Positions 62,500 through 64,000 of a stretch of 64,000 bases of DNA are shown piece after piece. Every line of letters begins with the position of its first letter. Position 1 is the first letter of the stretch. Made by a program: the position numbers and the translations under genes. This stretch comes from Sphyrna mokarran (Eukaryota): assembly GCA_024679065.1 (NCBI GenBank), contig JAGIQG010000009.1, positions 96,844,001-96,908,000 on the forward strand. Direction: 5' to 3'. Below the pieces are notes generated by a model that saw nothing but the letters and a program-made list of their open reading frames with translations, was not told where the DNA came from and made no database searches.

Positions 62500-63290
62500 A
62501 AGTGGAATTCAACTATTTGAGATAATGCAATTGGAGAGGGCCAACAAGGTCAACACTTACACTGTGAATAGTAAGACCATTGAAAGTACTGAAGATCAGA
62601 GGGATTTTGGAATGCATATCTACAGATCCCTGAAGTTGTCAGGGGAGGCAAATAAGGTCGTTAAGAAGTTATATAGGATATTTGTCATTATTCAATGAGG
62701 CATAGAGCACATGAGCAGGGAGGCCATGCTGGAACTGTATAAAGCTGGTTAGACAACTGTTGCACTGAGTGTATTTCTGGTCACTACATCATAGGAAGGA
62801 TGTGATTGCACTGGAGAGAATGCAGAGGAGATACTGCCTGGGCTGAAGATTCTGATTATGAGGAAAGATTCAATAGACTGAGGCTGTTTTCCTTGGAGTA
62901 GTAAAAGTTGAGAAGAGAGCTGATGGAGGTGTATAGGAGCATGAGGGACATAGATAGGGTGGATAGGAAGGCACCATTTCCATTAATAGACGGGTCAATA
63001 ACCGTGGGCACAGATTTAAGGTAAAAGGTAGAAGGCTAAGAGGGGAGCTGAGGAGAAACTTTTCACCCAGAGGCTGGTGAAAGCCTGAAACTCAATGTCT
63101 GAAAGGATGGTTGAGTCAAAGACTTTTGTAACATTTAAGAACTACTTAGATGTTCACATGAGCTGTTGTAACATCCAGGGCTATGGACCAAGCACTGGAA
63201 AATGGGGTTAGTGCAGTCAGACCTTTTTTGACTAGGGTGGATATGATGGGCCGAATGGTCACTTCCTGTGCTATCCATGCCTATGGATCT
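62500..63290 (+). mobile_element. Degenerate CR1 3' fragment in C4 intron 7
   Basis: EDQRDFG...SLK...VVKK and a GATGGGCCGAATGG tail. Confidence 0.8.
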
Positions 63291-63634
63291 AAAATAAATC
63301 TATGAATGAAAATCAAGAAGGTTCTGCAACAGGCAGCTGTAGTTAAAATCTGACTCTCAAGCTGATTGGAGTTGAACTCGGTATGATCTGAGGCTGTCAG
63401 GGAATTTGATTTGATTTATTATTGTCACATGTATTGGGATACAGTGAAAATTATTGTTTCTTACATGCTATAGAGACAGAACATACTGTTCATAGATTAC
63501 ATAGGGGAGAAGGAAAGGAGAGGGTGCAGAATGTTGTGTTACAGTCATAGCTAGGGTGTAGTGAAAGATCAGCTTAATATATGTTAGGACCATTCAAAAG
63601 TGTTGGCGGCACGGTGTTAGCACTGCTGCCTCAC

Positions 63635-64000
63635 ACAGTAAGATTCTCACAATACCAGGTTAAAGTATAACAGGTGTATTTGGTAGCATAAGCCACTAGC
63701 TTTCGGAGCACTGCCCCTTCATCAGGTGAGTGGAAGTTCTACTCATAAACAGAACATACAAAAACACAAGCTAAAATTTAGCAAAATCAATTAGTTGGAA
63801 TGCAAGTCTTTGCAGGTAATCAAGTCTTAAAGCTACAGACAATGTGAATGGAGAGAGCACAGCTTAAAGAGATCCAGGCTCCAGGCAAGAGTGTTCTCTT
63901 CCTGTTGGGGAACACTTCAAAGGTCTCTGGCATTCGGCCTCTGATCTTCAGGTAAGCATTCTCTAAGGCAGCCTTCATGATACACGGCAGCGCAGAGTCA
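63635..64000 (+). mobile_element. Penelope-like element fragment (terminal repeat + GIY-YIG endonuclease C-terminal remnant)
   Basis: 63894 onward reads SLPVGEHF...HSASDLQVSIL..SLHDTRQRRV. Confidence 0.65.

Overview
Vertebrate genomic DNA, almost certainly from a shark (HE1/V-SINEs, CR1/HER1 LINEs, DeuSINE, Penelope repeats), and consistent with the MHC class III region. I reconstructed three intron-containing genes by hand from splice sites and reading frame. (1) An NKp30/NCR3-like gene on the minus strand (leader 3605-3656, V-J type Ig exon 810-1160, 21-nt stalk microexon 284-304) runs off the left edge. (2) A complete second NCR3-like gene on the minus strand (32145 to 19548, about 286 aa) has an uncharged transmembrane helix. 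Its ~118-aa cytoplasmic tail is built from five tandem, frame-symmetric PAIRS of microexons (22-25 nt + 29-50 nt). Four pairs carry a tyrosine motif and one has Cys in its place. A candidate alternative ITAM-like 3' end lies at 15650-15846. (3) Exons 1-7 of complement C4 lie on the plus strand (45720 to 62264), head-to-head with the NCR3-like genes. The modular microexon tail is invisible in the ORF track and is the most unusual feature. The rest is mostly transposon-derived: a young 3.3-kb CR1, a solo LTR with a 5-bp TSD, many SINEs, microsatellites and one 147-nt N gap. All exon models are predictions and need RNA confirmation.
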